Of a stretch of DNA of 64,000 nt, positions 1 through 11,891 are shown piece by piece. The stretch comes from an uncultured Chitinophagaceae bacterium (GTDB lineage: Bacteria; Bacteroidota; Bacteroidia; Chitinophagales; CAIOSU01). Made by a program: the position numbers and the translations under genes. The DNA is taken from assembly GCA_964352775.1 (NCBI GenBank), contig CAYGTK010000004.1, positions 594 to 64,593 on the forward strand. The letters are read 5' to 3'. Within the stretch, counting starts at the first letter, position 1. Each line of letters starts with the position of its first letter. The notes under the pieces are model-generated. The model made no database searches. It saw only the letters and a list, made by a program, of their open reading frames with translations, and had not been told where the DNA came from.

Positions 1-59
1 AGGGCATAAAGACTAATAAGTCTCCTTTTTACTGATCATTTGTGCCTTATCTTTACATT

Positions 60-2459
60 ATGATGAGACTCATCTCCATTTTATTCAGTGTTTCAATGTT
101 GTGGGCAAGTGCGTTCGCGCAACAACAATACCCATATCAACAAGAGTTTGACCAGGCCTATGCACAATATCCATCCGTTCCGAGGGGAATGTTGGAGGCT
201 GTGGCTTATACGCAAACGCACATCCAGCACTTAAGTAGTAATGAAGAATTTAGTTGTTCAGGTTTACCGCAGGCTATAGGTGTGTTCGGATTATCGGTAG
301 ACCCAAGTGGCTATTTTCGAAACAACTTGCAATTGGTGGCACAGCTGTCGGGACTCTCTGAACAGGATATAATTGACGATGCTGAAACGCACATCATAGC
401 CTACGCAAAGTCACTGGCGCAGTTACAGCAGGCTAACGGTAAAGTAAGTGGCGACCCTATAGTTGTAGCTGAACTTCTGCTTGAGCTTAGTGAATTACCG
501 ACTACCAACGACCCCATTAACGTTTTTGCTAGCAATAGTTTTTTGTACAGCGTGTTGAACTTCATGAGTACGAAGGAGCACGCTATTACCTATAATTTTC
601 CTGCTTACACTATTGACCTAATTGACTATTTTGGTTTACCAACCTACAAGCAACTATCTGCTAATAAGGTCAACATGGCTGGTTCTCGCTCTGCAGATTA
701 TGCTCCTGCTATATGGAATGCTGCACCTTCTTGTAACTACAGCTCAAGAGCTGGCACTCCTATTTCAGCGGTAACTATCCATACTATTCAAGGAAGTTAT
801 TCCAGCGCTATTTCTTGGTTTGGCAATTGTGCTGCACAGGTATCGGCACATTATGTGATCCGTTCCAGCGATGGACAAGTGACCCAAATGGTAGATGAAT
901 ACGACAAAGCTTGGCACGTAAGAGATGATAACCCCTACAGCATAGGTATTGAGCACGAAGGCTTCGTTAACGATGCTAGCTGGTATACCGTGGCTATGTA
1001 CCAAAGTTCTGCTAACCTTTCACGAGATATTACTCAGAGTGGTTATGGTATTAACCCACTTTCAGCTTATACAGGGAATGTGCAGAATGTGATCAATAGC
1101 TGCTATCGAATAAAGGGGCATGTACATTTTCCTTTGCAAACCCATACCGACCCTGGTGTAAACTGGGACTGGCCTTATTACCACGAGCTAATTAATGATA
1201 CGGTAGCTGAATTCAGGAACAATGGCTGCATCGGCACTTTTGTAGACAATGGTGGAAGCAATGGTAATTACGGCAGTTTTGAAAAATACTGGACTATTAT
1301 AGAACCTACTACCCCAGGGCAAATAGATCTAAGCTTTACCACCTTGGATCTGGAAAATGGTTATGACAACCTTTTCGTTTATGATGGTGATGAGGCTACG
1401 GGCACACTTATTGGCACTTATACTGGCTCAAATAACCCAGGTGTAGTTAGTGCCTATTCAGGCAAGATGTCTATACTTTTTGAAAGCGATTGCCAGAACA
1501 GCGGGCAGGGCTGGGAAGCCAATTGGAATTGCCAAAGCTGCGCAAACCCGTTTGTAAGTATTGTGGACTCGTTGAAAGAAGTAGAATGTAGCGATCCTAC
1601 CTCTGGATATTTAGCGCTTTCCATTAACGGCGGTTCTGGACCATTCACATACGCTTGGAGTGATGGAACGACGGGAAACGCGATCAGCGACCTAACTAAC
1701 AGCACTTATACTGTCACCATTAGTGATAATTCTGGTTGTGTGCGGGTAGAGCAATTTAACATCCCGAAAGAATCAGACCTTGAAACCCGAATGTTAAAGC
1801 AAGATATTGAGTGTGGGCAGAATACAGGCTTAGTAGCGGTAAGTCTAGTTTCTGGACAAGGCCCTTTCAGTTACCAATGGAATACCGGAAGTACCGACAG
1901 CAGCTTCGCAGTTACGGCTGGAGGAACATATCACGTTACTGTAACAGATGCCCTAGGTTGCACTACACTAGATAGCATTGCGGTAGATACAGATGACTTT
2001 CCTTACATCACCCAGTTATCTGTAAACGTGGGCAACCGTAGTATTGTAGTAAACAAAGTAAAAGGTGGTGAACCTCCATACACTTATAGTTGGAGTAATG
2101 GTGGCTCGTCTTCGGCTCAATTTAATCTTGATCCAGGAACGTATTCCGTTACTATAATCGATGATAAGGGCTGTACGATAGATACCTCCGTGCTATTAGG
2201 CACTACAGGGGTTGAGTTAGAAATAGCCAATAACTTAACCATTTACCCTAACCCAAGTACAGGGCGGGTTTTTGTGAAATTAACGAGCCCATCTTCCGCT
2301 GACTTACAAGTATTAGATGTTTCAGGAAAAGTAGTGCATAGTGCGACTATGACTAGTGGGGCTGGTCAGATAAACCTTAGCCACCTTTCTAAAGGAAGCT
2401 ACTTTATCAAAGTACAGCAAGAAGAAAGCTTCAGCTATGCTAGAGCAATATTATTCTGA
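60..2459 (+). CDS. Secreted multidomain N-acetylmuramoyl-L-alanine amidase (Amidase_2/PGRP type) with a CUB-like domain, SprB/HYR-like repeats and a T9SS type A C-terminal sorting domain
   Basis: ORF 42..2459 trimmed to the ATG at 60, giving signal peptide MMRLISILFSVSMLWASAFAQ. Amidase_2-like block: AVTIHTIQGS..AHYVIRSSDGQVTQMV..AWHV..IGIEHEGF. CUB-like block: GYDNLFVYDGDEATGTLIGTYTGS..SGKMSILFESD. About four ~75-aa repeats follow the pattern GG.GPFTY.WS...TVT..D..GC. The C-terminal tail is YPNPSTGRVFVKL..GSYFIKV. Confidence 0.8.
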   Translation: MMRLISILFSVSMLWASAFAQQQYPYQQEFDQAYAQYPSVPRGMLEAVAYTQTHIQHLSSNEEFSCSGLPQAIGVFGLSVDPSGYFRNNLQLVAQLSGLSEQDIIDDAETHIIAYAKSLAQLQQANGKVSGDPIVVAELLLELSELPTTNDPINVFASNSFLYSVLNFMSTKEHAITYNFPAYTIDLIDYFGLPTYKQLSANKVNMAGSRSADYAPAIWNAAPSCNYSSRAGTPISAVTIHTIQGSYSSAISWFGNCAAQVSAHYVIRSSDGQVTQMVDEYDKAWHVRDDNPYSIGIEHEGFVNDASWYTVAMYQSSANLSRDITQSGYGINPLSAYTGNVQNVINSCYRIKGHVHFPLQTHTDPGVNWDWPYYHELINDTVAEFRNNGCIGTFVDNGGSNGNYGSFEKYWTIIEPTTPGQIDLSFTTLDLENGYDNLFVYDGDEATGTLIGTYTGSNNPGVVSAYSGKMSILFESDCQNSGQGWEANWNCQSCANPFVSIVDSLKEVECSDPTSGYLALSINGGSGPFTYAWSDGTTGNAISDLTNSTYTVTISDNSGCVRVEQFNIPKESDLETRMLKQDIECGQNTGLVAVSLVSGQGPFSYQWNTGSTDSSFAVTAGGTYHVTVTDALGCTTLDSIAVDTDDFPYITQLSVNVGNRSIVVNKVKGGEPPYTYSWSNGGSSSAQFNLDPGTYSVTIIDDKGCTIDTSVLLGTTGVELEIANNLTIYPNPSTGRVFVKLTSPSSADLQVLDVSGKVVHSATMTSGAGQINLSHLSKGSYFIKVQQEESFSYARAILF

Positions 2460-2843
2460 CCCTTCTCCTTCGGGTGCTTCTCCCTCTGGCGTATCTCCCT
2501 TATTTACCTCTTTCAATAGATCATTTATGCGAAGTGCTTGGTCTAAAGTGTCATCCTTATAAAACTCCAATTCTGGCATCATCCGCAGCATGTAGCGTAT
2601 CCGTTGGTGCAGTCGACGCTTAATGTCATAGTGACTCTCTTCTATCTTGGTTATAATGCTATCCTTATCTTCTACGTTATAGATGCTCAAGTACACACGA
2701 GCTAAAGATAGATCGGGGGGAACGTTCACTTGGGTAATGGTTACAAAGGCCTTACCATAATACGATACCCCGTTCCTTTGGAACACTTCGCTCAAAGCCT
2801 TTTGTATCTCGTTGGCTACTTGTTGTTGTCGTTTAGAACTCAT
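2451..2843 (-). CDS. rbfA: Ribosome-binding factor A
   Basis: 130 aa. RQQQVANEIQKALSEVF and VTITQVNVPPDLSLARVYLSIY are typical RbfA blocks. The C-terminal tail is acidic. Confidence 0.9.
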   Translation of the reverse strand: MSSKRQQQVANEIQKALSEVFQRNGVSYYGKAFVTITQVNVPPDLSLARVYLSIYNVEDKDSIITKIEESHYDIKRRLHQRIRYMLRMMPELEFYKDDTLDQALRINDLLKEVNKGDTPEGEAPEGEGSE

Positions 2844-2885
2844 AAGCTACTATTGTTTTAGGCCTCGTAGGCCGCTGAATATAAA

Positions 2886-2893
2886 CAAAACTA
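2886..2893 (-). promoter_or_regulatory. Candidate Bacteroidota -7 promoter box (TAGTTTTG = TAnnTTTG) for rbfA
   Basis: The reverse complement of caaaacta gives a perfect TAnnTTTG, 43-50 nt upstream of the rbfA ATG. I saw no clear -33 TTTG. Confidence 0.35.
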
Positions 2894-2914
2894 ATTCATA
2901 ACTTCGTTACCTGC

Positions 2915-4753
2915 ATGAAAGGCTTTTTACGGATACTTTCCTATATCAAGAGATACTATGGTTATGCCATAGGTAATCTGCTTTTCAATATCCTCACTAT
3001 CCTCTTTTCGCTGGTTTCGTTAACAATGTTAATACCAGTTTTGGGCCTTTTGTTCAAGACGGATATTGTGAATACAAAAGTACCTCCTGCCCCCAAATTT
3101 TCCCTCTCAGCAGACTATGTGATCGAGGCATTTCAGCATTGGTTCATTCCAATAGTATTGGAAGACAGAAAAGAGGCTTTGATCGCTATCTGTATATTAG
3201 TGCCTATCATCTTTTTCCTGAAAAATCTATTCCGCTATCTAGCACTTTTCTGTCTAGCCCCCATCAGAAATGGCGTAGTAAAAGATATTCGAAAAAACCT
3301 TTACCGCACAATATTAGGACTGCACTTAGGATATTTTAGCGATGAAAGAAGGGGCGATATTTTGACTCGGATGACCTCTGATGTGCAAGAGATAGAGCAT
3401 AATATCATCAATACCGTTGAAGTCCTCTTTAAAGAACCTCTTACAATTATCTTCTTTTTGGGCTCCCTTTTTTACATCAGTCCATCATTAACCATTTTCG
3501 TGCTCGTAATGATAGTAGTAGCTGGTGTTGTAGTGGGCAGCATTGGGAAAACGCTTAAGAGAACTTCCACCAAAGGGCAAGAAAAATTGGCCGAACTCAT
3601 CTCCATCATTGACGAATCTTTAGGAGGGGTGCGAATTATTAAAGCCTTCACTGCGGAAAAGCATCAAGACACCAAGTTCTACCATCATAACATAGCCTAT
3701 GCTGGCATTATGACCAAGTTGCTCCGCAGAACTGGGTTATCATCGCCGTTAACTGAGTTTTTGGCTATCGGCATTATTTCCATTGTATTATGGTACGGTG
3801 GAAGCCTTGTATTAGAAGGAAATGGTCCAGAACAAATACAACCAGAAGTGTTCATCACCTTTATGGTCATCTTCTCGCAAATGATAGCTCCTGCAAAGGC
3901 ATTTTCTGCTGCTTTTTATAATATTCAGCGAGGTATGGCTTCCGCTGATAGGGTATTCGCTTTATTAGATACGGAAAACACCATAAAAGAGGCTCCAAAC
4001 GCAAAGAGCATCAATCAATTCAAGGAGAGTATTGAGTTTAAGAACGTCTCCTTTTCCTATAAGAATTATGATGACAAACGCATTCTTGATGATGTGAACT
4101 TGACCATCAAAAAAGGAAAAATGATAGCTTTGGTCGGTCCTTCAGGAGCAGGTAAATCAACCATGGCAGACTTGATACCACGCTTTTACGATATTGAAGA
4201 AGGCGTAATACTTATTGATGGTGTAGATATACGGGAGTACAAGATAAAAGAGCTACGCATGCTACTAGGTATGGTATCTCAAGAGGCTATTCTATTCAAC
4301 GATTCCGTATTCAACAACATATCATTTGGCCTAGAAAATGCGTCTAAAGAAGATGTAATAGCCGCCGCCAAAGTGGCCAATGCTCACGACTTCATTATGA
4401 AGCTAGAAAACGGTTATAATACTATGCTGGGCGAGCGCGGCAACAAACTAAGTGGTGGACAAAAACAGCGCATTACCATTGCCCGTGCTATATTGGTAGA
4501 CCCGCCTATTCTGATACTAGATGAGGCTACATCAGCTTTAGACACCGAAAGTGAAAAGCTAGTACAAGAGGCTATTTATAAATTGATGCAGAACCGTACT
4601 TCATTAGTTATAGCTCACCGTTTATCTACCATTCAATTTGCGGACGAGATATTGGTGATACAAGACGGAAAAATAACTGAACGCGGAAATCACATCGGCC
4701 TAATGGCCAAGAACGGCAGCTATCGCAAACTGGTAGATCTGCAAGCTTTTTAG
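2915..4753 (+). CDS. ABC exporter, fused permease/ATPase (MsbA/lipid A export-like)
   Basis: N-terminal six-TM exporter domain followed by an NBD. Walker A GPSGAGKST, signature LSGGQKQR, Walker B ILILDEATSALD, H-loop AHRLST. Confidence 0.9.
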   Translation: MKGFLRILSYIKRYYGYAIGNLLFNILTILFSLVSLTMLIPVLGLLFKTDIVNTKVPPAPKFSLSADYVIEAFQHWFIPIVLEDRKEALIAICILVPIIFFLKNLFRYLALFCLAPIRNGVVKDIRKNLYRTILGLHLGYFSDERRGDILTRMTSDVQEIEHNIINTVEVLFKEPLTIIFFLGSLFYISPSLTIFVLVMIVVAGVVVGSIGKTLKRTSTKGQEKLAELISIIDESLGGVRIIKAFTAEKHQDTKFYHHNIAYAGIMTKLLRRTGLSSPLTEFLAIGIISIVLWYGGSLVLEGNGPEQIQPEVFITFMVIFSQMIAPAKAFSAAFYNIQRGMASADRVFALLDTENTIKEAPNAKSINQFKESIEFKNVSFSYKNYDDKRILDDVNLTIKKGKMIALVGPSGAGKSTMADLIPRFYDIEEGVILIDGVDIREYKIKELRMLLGMVSQEAILFNDSVFNNISFGLENASKEDVIAAAKVANAHDFIMKLENGYNTMLGERGNKLSGGQKQRITIARAILVDPPILILDEATSALDTESEKLVQEAIYKLMQNRTSLVIAHRLSTIQFADEILVIQDGKITERGNHIGLMAKNGSYRKLVDLQAF

Positions 4754-4792
4754 AAGCCCTTTCTTTTTTCTTAATTTTCGGCACAAGCATAG

Positions 4793-6295
<1,503 letters not shown>

Positions 6296-6925
6296 TCAGT
6301 TAATGCCCTTTACCACGGAAACTACCCCGTTAATGATGAACTGAACCCCTACCGCCATGGTGATAAAGCCAATGATGCGAGCTACGGATTTCATACCCGC
6401 AACTCCTAATACTTTAACCAATTTGGGAGACATACGCAGTATCAAAAAGGTGACTAAACCTACCGAGATTATAACTGCTGATATTACTACGTAAGAAAAG
6501 TTGTCTTGCTGTTCACCAAACCAGCCAATAAGCATAGACATTGATCCTGGGCCAGCCAACAGCGGGATAGCTATCGGGGTAAGAGAGGAGTCGTCACTAT
6601 CTTTCGCTTCGCTGTGTACCTTCTTATCTATCGATCGGCTTTTGGCAAAATTATCAGACAATAAGCCATATCCTGAGCTAAGAATTATAAGCCCGCCAGC
6701 TATACGAAGCGCATCAATGCTGATGCCAAAGAAAAGCAATATATAGTGCCCTATAAAGAAGGAGACGATCAAGATAATAACGAAATAGATACTGGCTCTA
6801 GTTGCTGTATTCTTTCTTTCGGCATCGTCTTCGCCCTCGGTTAACGACAAAAATATAGGCATGGCCCCAAGTGGATTCACCACCGAGAATAATGCTGTAA
6901 ATGCTGTTACAAATAGTGTTAACAT
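6296..6925 (-). CDS. MarC family (UPF0056) integral membrane protein
   Basis: 209 aa, about six TM helices. The N-terminal FSVVNPLGAMPIFLSLT motif is typical of the MarC/NAAT family. Confidence 0.7.
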   Translation of the reverse strand: MLTLFVTAFTALFSVVNPLGAMPIFLSLTEGEDDAERKNTATRASIYFVIILIVSFFIGHYILLFFGISIDALRIAGGLIILSSGYGLLSDNFAKSRSIDKKVHSEAKDSDDSSLTPIAIPLLAGPGSMSMLIGWFGEQQDNFSYVVISAVIISVGLVTFLILRMSPKLVKVLGVAGMKSVARIIGFITMAVGVQFIINGVVSVVKGIN

Positions 6926-6955
6926 ATTGACGATCCAATTATCGCCGCAAAGGTA

Positions 6956-7384
6956 TTAATTCCTTACCCAGCTTTTCGTTTTAATTCCTCTAATAATTAA
7001 ATAAAGCATCAGTCCAACGGGGCCAAGCATAAGGGTAAATACCAAACACGGAATAACTACATATTGGGAGATGCCATTAGCCTCTGCATCTTTCACTTCC
7101 CAACTACCGATAAACATATCGAACACTAAGTAGTGGATCCATGCCAACACAATAACTGCATCAGAACCAAAGGACTCTCGCAATTCAGCTATGCTACCCA
7201 TCCCTCCACTTGGGTCTAAAAAACTATAAATAAGTAGCGCTAAATAGGAAAGCCCTAGAAAGAAAGGGTAGAAATAAGAGTACACCACATAATGGGTAAC
7301 CTTACTTTTGGGGAAGAATATCATCAACAGCCATGCAGGCAGAATACTCATATTGAAGAGCTTGAACAGTAACTCGAAGTCCAT
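6956..7384 (-). CDS. Small four-TM membrane protein, DUF4281/ABA4-like
   Basis: 142 aa. The N-terminal LFKLFNMSILPAWLLMIFFP pattern and overall topology resemble the ABA4-like family. Assigned from memory only. Confidence 0.5.
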   Translation of the reverse strand: MDFELLFKLFNMSILPAWLLMIFFPKSKVTHYVVYSYFYPFFLGLSYLALLIYSFLDPSGGMGSIAELRESFGSDAVIVLAWIHYLVFDMFIGSWEVKDAEANGISQYVVIPCLVFTLMLGPVGLMLYLIIRGIKTKSWVRN

Positions 7385-7423
7385 ATTGATCGCTTTTGTA
7401 TAATTTAACCAAAATAATAGGCT

Positions 7424-8476
7424 TTGGTTAAACGAACGGCATTTTGGTTACTGCTATTGGCACTACTATTTCTAGTAGTTGAGGTAGCTTCGCGGGCCTA
7501 CCTCTCTTCACGAGGATATACACTTGGCAACTACATTCCCTACTGGGAAACCTTTGAACAAACAGATTCATTAGTCGTCAAAAATCACTTTTTTACCGAT
7601 AGCCTAGGCATTTACAGAACCAATGATGGACTGTGGAAGGAAAATGAAAGCGTACGAATTAATAAAGCTGGCTTTAGGGGGAGAGAATATACCTTTTCTT
7701 CACAGGATAGTGCTAAACTCAAAGTTCTTCACATTGGCGATTCCTTTACTTGGGGGGCAAGCGCAAGTAGTTATGAAAATTGCTTTGTGAGGCAAGCAGA
7801 GAAACTAATGCCAAATAGTATTCACCTAAATGCGGGAGTTTCTGGTACCGACCCCGCCCAATACGCCTTACTCGTAAAACACCTTAGCTCCTCCTTAAAA
7901 CCAGATGTAATTGTCGTACATCTCTATTTAGCTAATGACCTTATGGCTATCCCTAGGCCAACTTTACCCAACCAAATGCTATACTACCAAACAAACATAG
8001 GCTGGTTACCAGGCTATTGGGATGGACAAGTTTTCGGAACCGCTCAAGCATCGTATAATTACTTTGCTAGGCGCTATATCCCAGAAAGTGGGCTAGAGAA
8101 ATTTGCTGCTAATACGGGTATTGGAAATATAATTCTATCAGCCCCACTTCGCTGGAAAGAATACCAATTTTGGCAAGCCTGTTTAGAAGGAGAGGTGACT
8201 AATTCTTACTTAAAAGAGATACAAGAAGTCTGCAAAGTCCGAAACATACGTTTTGAGTTATTCGTCATTCCCAATAGCTATGCTGACTTTAAAGGCAAAA
8301 GCAGCTCTATTGAAGACTATGTGCTAAGTGAATATCAACCTGTTTTTGAAGGAATAGATAATGTTCACGTATACCCTGCTCAACTGAATGACTACGAACC
8401 TGCCCCCGATGCACATTTTAATGATGCTGGGCACTTAATGGCTGGGCAAACAATAGCTAAGGTATTGGGAAATTAG
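7424..8476 (+). CDS. SGNH/GDSL-type hydrolase family protein
   Basis: TTG start followed by an N-terminal TM/signal segment. GDS block HIGDSFTWG and C-terminal DxxH block DAHFNDAGH. Confidence 0.6.
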   Translation: MVKRTAFWLLLLALLFLVVEVASRAYLSSRGYTLGNYIPYWETFEQTDSLVVKNHFFTDSLGIYRTNDGLWKENESVRINKAGFRGREYTFSSQDSAKLKVLHIGDSFTWGASASSYENCFVRQAEKLMPNSIHLNAGVSGTDPAQYALLVKHLSSSLKPDVIVVHLYLANDLMAIPRPTLPNQMLYYQTNIGWLPGYWDGQVFGTAQASYNYFARRYIPESGLEKFAANTGIGNIILSAPLRWKEYQFWQACLEGEVTNSYLKEIQEVCKVRNIRFELFVIPNSYADFKGKSSSIEDYVLSEYQPVFEGIDNVHVYPAQLNDYEPAPDAHFNDAGHLMAGQTIAKVLGN

Positions 8477-10527
8477 CGGCGACTATGCGCTCCGTTCAAA
8501 GCGTTGTTCCACTCGCGTTCAGTCTTGATGATCTCGAACTCTACTCGGCGGTTTATCCAACGATCTTCTTCGGTTTTCTCTTCCTTAATTATCGGTCGTG
8601 AACTTCCGTAGCCTATCGCCTGGACCCTATCGGTAGATATTCCACCATTTTGTTCCAAGTATTTCTTGATAGCATCGGCGCGCTTTTGAGAAAGTGTTAA
8701 GTTTTGTTCCGCTATACCTTCACTATCCGTGTGGCCAGAAATGATCAACTTATAGTCAGGATTATCAACCATAAAGTCGAGCAACTTATCTAAGTCGGGC
8801 CGCATCTGTGGCAATATTTCTGAGCTGTTCGATGCAAATTCAACACTAGCGAATTCTATCCGCTTAAAGTCGATAGAAGGTGTACGCACATTCAATATAG
8901 TATCACCGTTCAAGTTTATCTCTTGCTCAATTCGGAAGAAATCTTCCCCCTGAATAATTAGCAAATATCTATTGTTGTCTATCAAGTCAAACTCAAAAGA
9001 ACCATCAGGGCGGATATAACGTGGTGCTACTTCAATACCATTATCTACATCAATAATAGATACAATACCTTGATATGGCTGTCCACTTACCGAGTCCGTT
9101 AACGAACCCATGAATTTGGTTATCGCCATTGGCTGCCCTTCCATTGGTAGTGGGAATGAGAACAAGTCTAGGTTGCTCATCTGGTCCATTTCCGACCGAG
9201 CGTAGAATATGTATTCTGATGCAGCATCAATGGCAAAGTAATACTCATCGCCCTTACCATTAACTAGTGGGCCAATATTCCTAGGTTCCGTCCAGCCGTT
9301 AGGCACTTTGTACGTCTTAAAAATATCTACGAAACCGAAATTGAGTATCTGGCTGTTACTGCTGAAGTACATTACATTGTGCACGGGATGGAAGAATGGA
9401 CTTAACTCTGCCTCACGGGTATTTATTACTGGACCCATATTTTCCGCAGGCATCCATTTACCGTTCTTTCCTTTTGCTGTGTAATAAATATCAGTAGATC
9501 CGAATCCTCCATTACGGTCGGAAACAAAGAATATAGTGTCCTCTGAGTGTGATAGCGATGGTTGCGAATCCCAATCAGGGCCATTAACATTAACCCCAAG
9601 GTTAGTTACATCTCCCCAGGTACCATCATCTTTTCTAGTAGCTTGAAAAATATCACAATTACCATAGCTGTCAGGTGAGTTACAACGTACAAAATACAAA
9701 GTATTGCCATCGCGAGTTAAGCATGGCGAACCTTCGTTGTAAGGTGAATTTATTTCTCCCTCAAAAGCACGAGCTGTATCCCAAGTGGTAAAATCCAAGT
9801 ACTTAGAATAGTACAAGTCTTCATTATAAGCCTCTTCTCCACCAAAACGTGTTCTATTTCGTTTACTGGAGAACATCATTACATCATTAAGAATACTAAG
9901 CGATGGTCCGTAATCTTCGTAAATAGAATTCACTTCACCACCCATATTCACCAATACCCCTCTTGGCGGACGAACGGTATCTATCTGCTGGCGGTAATCC
10001 ACCAGTTCATAGTAATACTTAATGGGTACGTAATAATCTTTATCCAACGAAGTAAGATCATCGTAATACTGCCAAATGTATTTGATGTCGCTTTCTTTAT
10101 GCTTAAGCACCATGCGATACACTGCCTTAGCTTTGGCTAATTGATCTGTCTTTTCAAATGCTTGACCTAGCTGCCAAAGTAGTTCAGAGTCTCTATTGAA
10201 ATTTTCTATCCCAAACTGACTAACGTAATTGATCATCAACGGAATAGCTTCGGAATAATTCTTATCCTCTACCAGCTTGTTGATGAGTTTCAGTTGCTTT
10301 GGATCTTCAAAGTACGGAGTACTATTAAGGTTTTTAAAGCTTACCGGAAGGGCCATAAATTGGTCAGACTTCCGCTTCTTCAGTTTCGAAGGCGAAATAA
10401 GATATTTGTCTTTCTTGTTCTTACCTTTTTCATTGGTTTGAGCAGAAAGCGGCATGGCCAGCCATAATAATATGCCTAGCACCAAGCCTACCTTGGTTAA
10501 CAAGCTATGCATGTGTGTGTATTTCAT
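8473..10527 (-). CDS. OmpA-family peptidoglycan-associated protein with TPR and TolB-like beta-propeller repeats
   Basis: Signal peptide ..AMPLSAQ. TPR-like N-terminal region, then repeated WD40-like (PD40) units (SPCLTRDGNTLYF, PSLSHSEDTIFFVSDR, LSPFFHP..MYFSS). C-terminal OmpA domain ISGHTDSEG..NLTLSQKRADAIKKYL..NRRVEFEI. Confidence 0.8.
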   Translation of the reverse strand: MKYTHMHSLLTKVGLVLGILLWLAMPLSAQTNEKGKNKKDKYLISPSKLKKRKSDQFMALPVSFKNLNSTPYFEDPKQLKLINKLVEDKNYSEAIPLMINYVSQFGIENFNRDSELLWQLGQAFEKTDQLAKAKAVYRMVLKHKESDIKYIWQYYDDLTSLDKDYYVPIKYYYELVDYRQQIDTVRPPRGVLVNMGGEVNSIYEDYGPSLSILNDVMMFSSKRNRTRFGGEEAYNEDLYYSKYLDFTTWDTARAFEGEINSPYNEGSPCLTRDGNTLYFVRCNSPDSYGNCDIFQATRKDDGTWGDVTNLGVNVNGPDWDSQPSLSHSEDTIFFVSDRNGGFGSTDIYYTAKGKNGKWMPAENMGPVINTREAELSPFFHPVHNVMYFSSNSQILNFGFVDIFKTYKVPNGWTEPRNIGPLVNGKGDEYYFAIDAASEYIFYARSEMDQMSNLDLFSFPLPMEGQPMAITKFMGSLTDSVSGQPYQGIVSIIDVDNGIEVAPRYIRPDGSFEFDLIDNNRYLLIIQGEDFFRIEQEINLNGDTILNVRTPSIDFKRIEFASVEFASNSSEILPQMRPDLDKLLDFMVDNPDYKLIISGHTDSEGIAEQNLTLSQKRADAIKKYLEQNGGISTDRVQAIGYGSSRPIIKEEKTEEDRWINRRVEFEIIKTEREWNNALNGAHSRR

Positions 10528-10652
10528 GTCGGTTCTCGATTATACGTATTGTAAACCGAAAGGTTGTTTTACCCGTTAAACACCAAAATAATTGGCGATA
10601 TTCGGAAAATGGCTGCAAAGCTACATCATTTAATATACGGAACATTAACGAA

Positions 10653-11801
10653 ATGATAAAAAGACTAGTATTTACAATTGGTTTATTAACCAGCTCATTC
10701 TTATTAGCTGAGGCACAATCAGGCAGCTTAACACACGACGGAGAATCACGTACTTACATATACAACCTGCCTCCTGGGCATGATGCTTCAGGTAGCTATC
10801 CTTTAGTGCTTAACCTGCATGGGTTCGGATCTAATAACCTTCAACAGCGCTTCTATTCTGAAATGAATACAGAGTCTGATGCTAATGGCTTTATAGTGGT
10901 ATACCCATTAGGTTTGGCCCCCAATGGCTTAGATAATGCGTGGAATAGCGGCTGGGGTACTGGTGTAGACGATATTGGTTTTTTAGATAAATTGATAGAT
11001 GAGTTCATAAACAACTTTGGCGCAAACCCAGACAGGGTATACTCCACAGGCATGTCTAACGGCGGTTTTATGAGTTACACTTTGGCTTGCGAATTGGAAG
11101 ATAAAATAGCAGCTATTGCTTCAGTTACGGGAAGTATGTCGGTTACTACATTTAATACTTGCAACCCAACGCGTGCCATGCCTGTAATGCAAATACATGG
11201 CACCAATGACCTTACCGTTCCTTATATAGGAAATTCTACCATGACCCATGTAGACACCATAATGGCTTACTGGGCAGGCAACAATAACAGCCCTACTACG
11301 CCTACGGTAGAAGCTGTGCCCAATACTGTGTTAGAAGACAGCACAACTTCTGAAATATACACTTACGGCTATGGCGATGATTCTACCCAAGTAATACTCT
11401 ATAAAGTAACTGATGGAGGTCATACTTGGCCAGGTGCTTTCGACCTGTTAGGTATTCGCACTAGTCAAGACTTCAGGGCTTCTGCCGTTATTTGGGAATT
11501 CTTTGATGAATACGACATCAACGGTAAGCGTGATAAAACAGTTACTAGCATTAGAAACGAAAGACCTGAAGTTCAAGTAAATGCTTACCCAAATCCTTTC
11601 CAAGAAAGTTTGACCTTAACCAATGTGTCTGCACAGGCAACAATTAGCATAGTAGACATTAATGGTAAAGTGCTTATTCAAGAAGATGTTGTTAGTGGAA
11701 GCATCCACCTTAATACAGCAGAATTGGCTACGGGCACCTATTTCTTAACTATTGACAGCAAAGAGGGCTCAAGTATTCAAAAAGTCGCAAAAGCTTATTG
11801 A
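10653..11801 (+). CDS. Secreted alpha/beta hydrolase (PHB depolymerase / feruloyl esterase-like, COG3509 type) with T9SS type A CTD
   Basis: ORF 10515.. trimmed to the ATG at 10653, giving MIKRLVFTIGLLTSSFLLAEAQ. PLVLNLHGFGSN, nucleophile elbow GMSNGGFMS, HGTND, DGGHTWPG. C-terminal YPNPFQESLTL..GTYFLTI tail. Confidence 0.7.
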   Translation: MIKRLVFTIGLLTSSFLLAEAQSGSLTHDGESRTYIYNLPPGHDASGSYPLVLNLHGFGSNNLQQRFYSEMNTESDANGFIVVYPLGLAPNGLDNAWNSGWGTGVDDIGFLDKLIDEFINNFGANPDRVYSTGMSNGGFMSYTLACELEDKIAAIASVTGSMSVTTFNTCNPTRAMPVMQIHGTNDLTVPYIGNSTMTHVDTIMAYWAGNNNSPTTPTVEAVPNTVLEDSTTSEIYTYGYGDDSTQVILYKVTDGGHTWPGAFDLLGIRTSQDFRASAVIWEFFDEYDINGKRDKTVTSIRNERPEVQVNAYPNPFQESLTLTNVSAQATISIVDINGKVLIQEDVVSGSIHLNTAELATGTYFLTIDSKEGSSIQKVAKAY

Positions 11802-11891
11802 TCAAGCATTAATGATGGTGTTTTTCGGTAATTTGTAATAAAGCGCGATATTCGTTCTATTCATTTTTGAATATCATTTAGCTCTTTACAC

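Noticed and set aside
8473-8476. Convergent genes whose stop codons overlap on opposite strands (TTAG/CTAA) at 8473-8476, 41856-41859 and 57857-57860. In addition, glpK and marC abut at 6295/6296 within a TGATCA palindrome.
   Set aside because: This is ordinary genome compaction. No hairpin or regulatory element can fit, and no function is implied.
10515-10652. Long N-terminal extensions in the ORF track for several genes. The track starts are 10515, 16969, 40840, 43182, 51227, 55939, 56413, 60354 and 62355.
   Set aside because: In each case an internal Met gives a canonical signal peptide or the family-typical N-terminus. The extension would overlap a neighbouring gene, promoter box or terminator hairpin.
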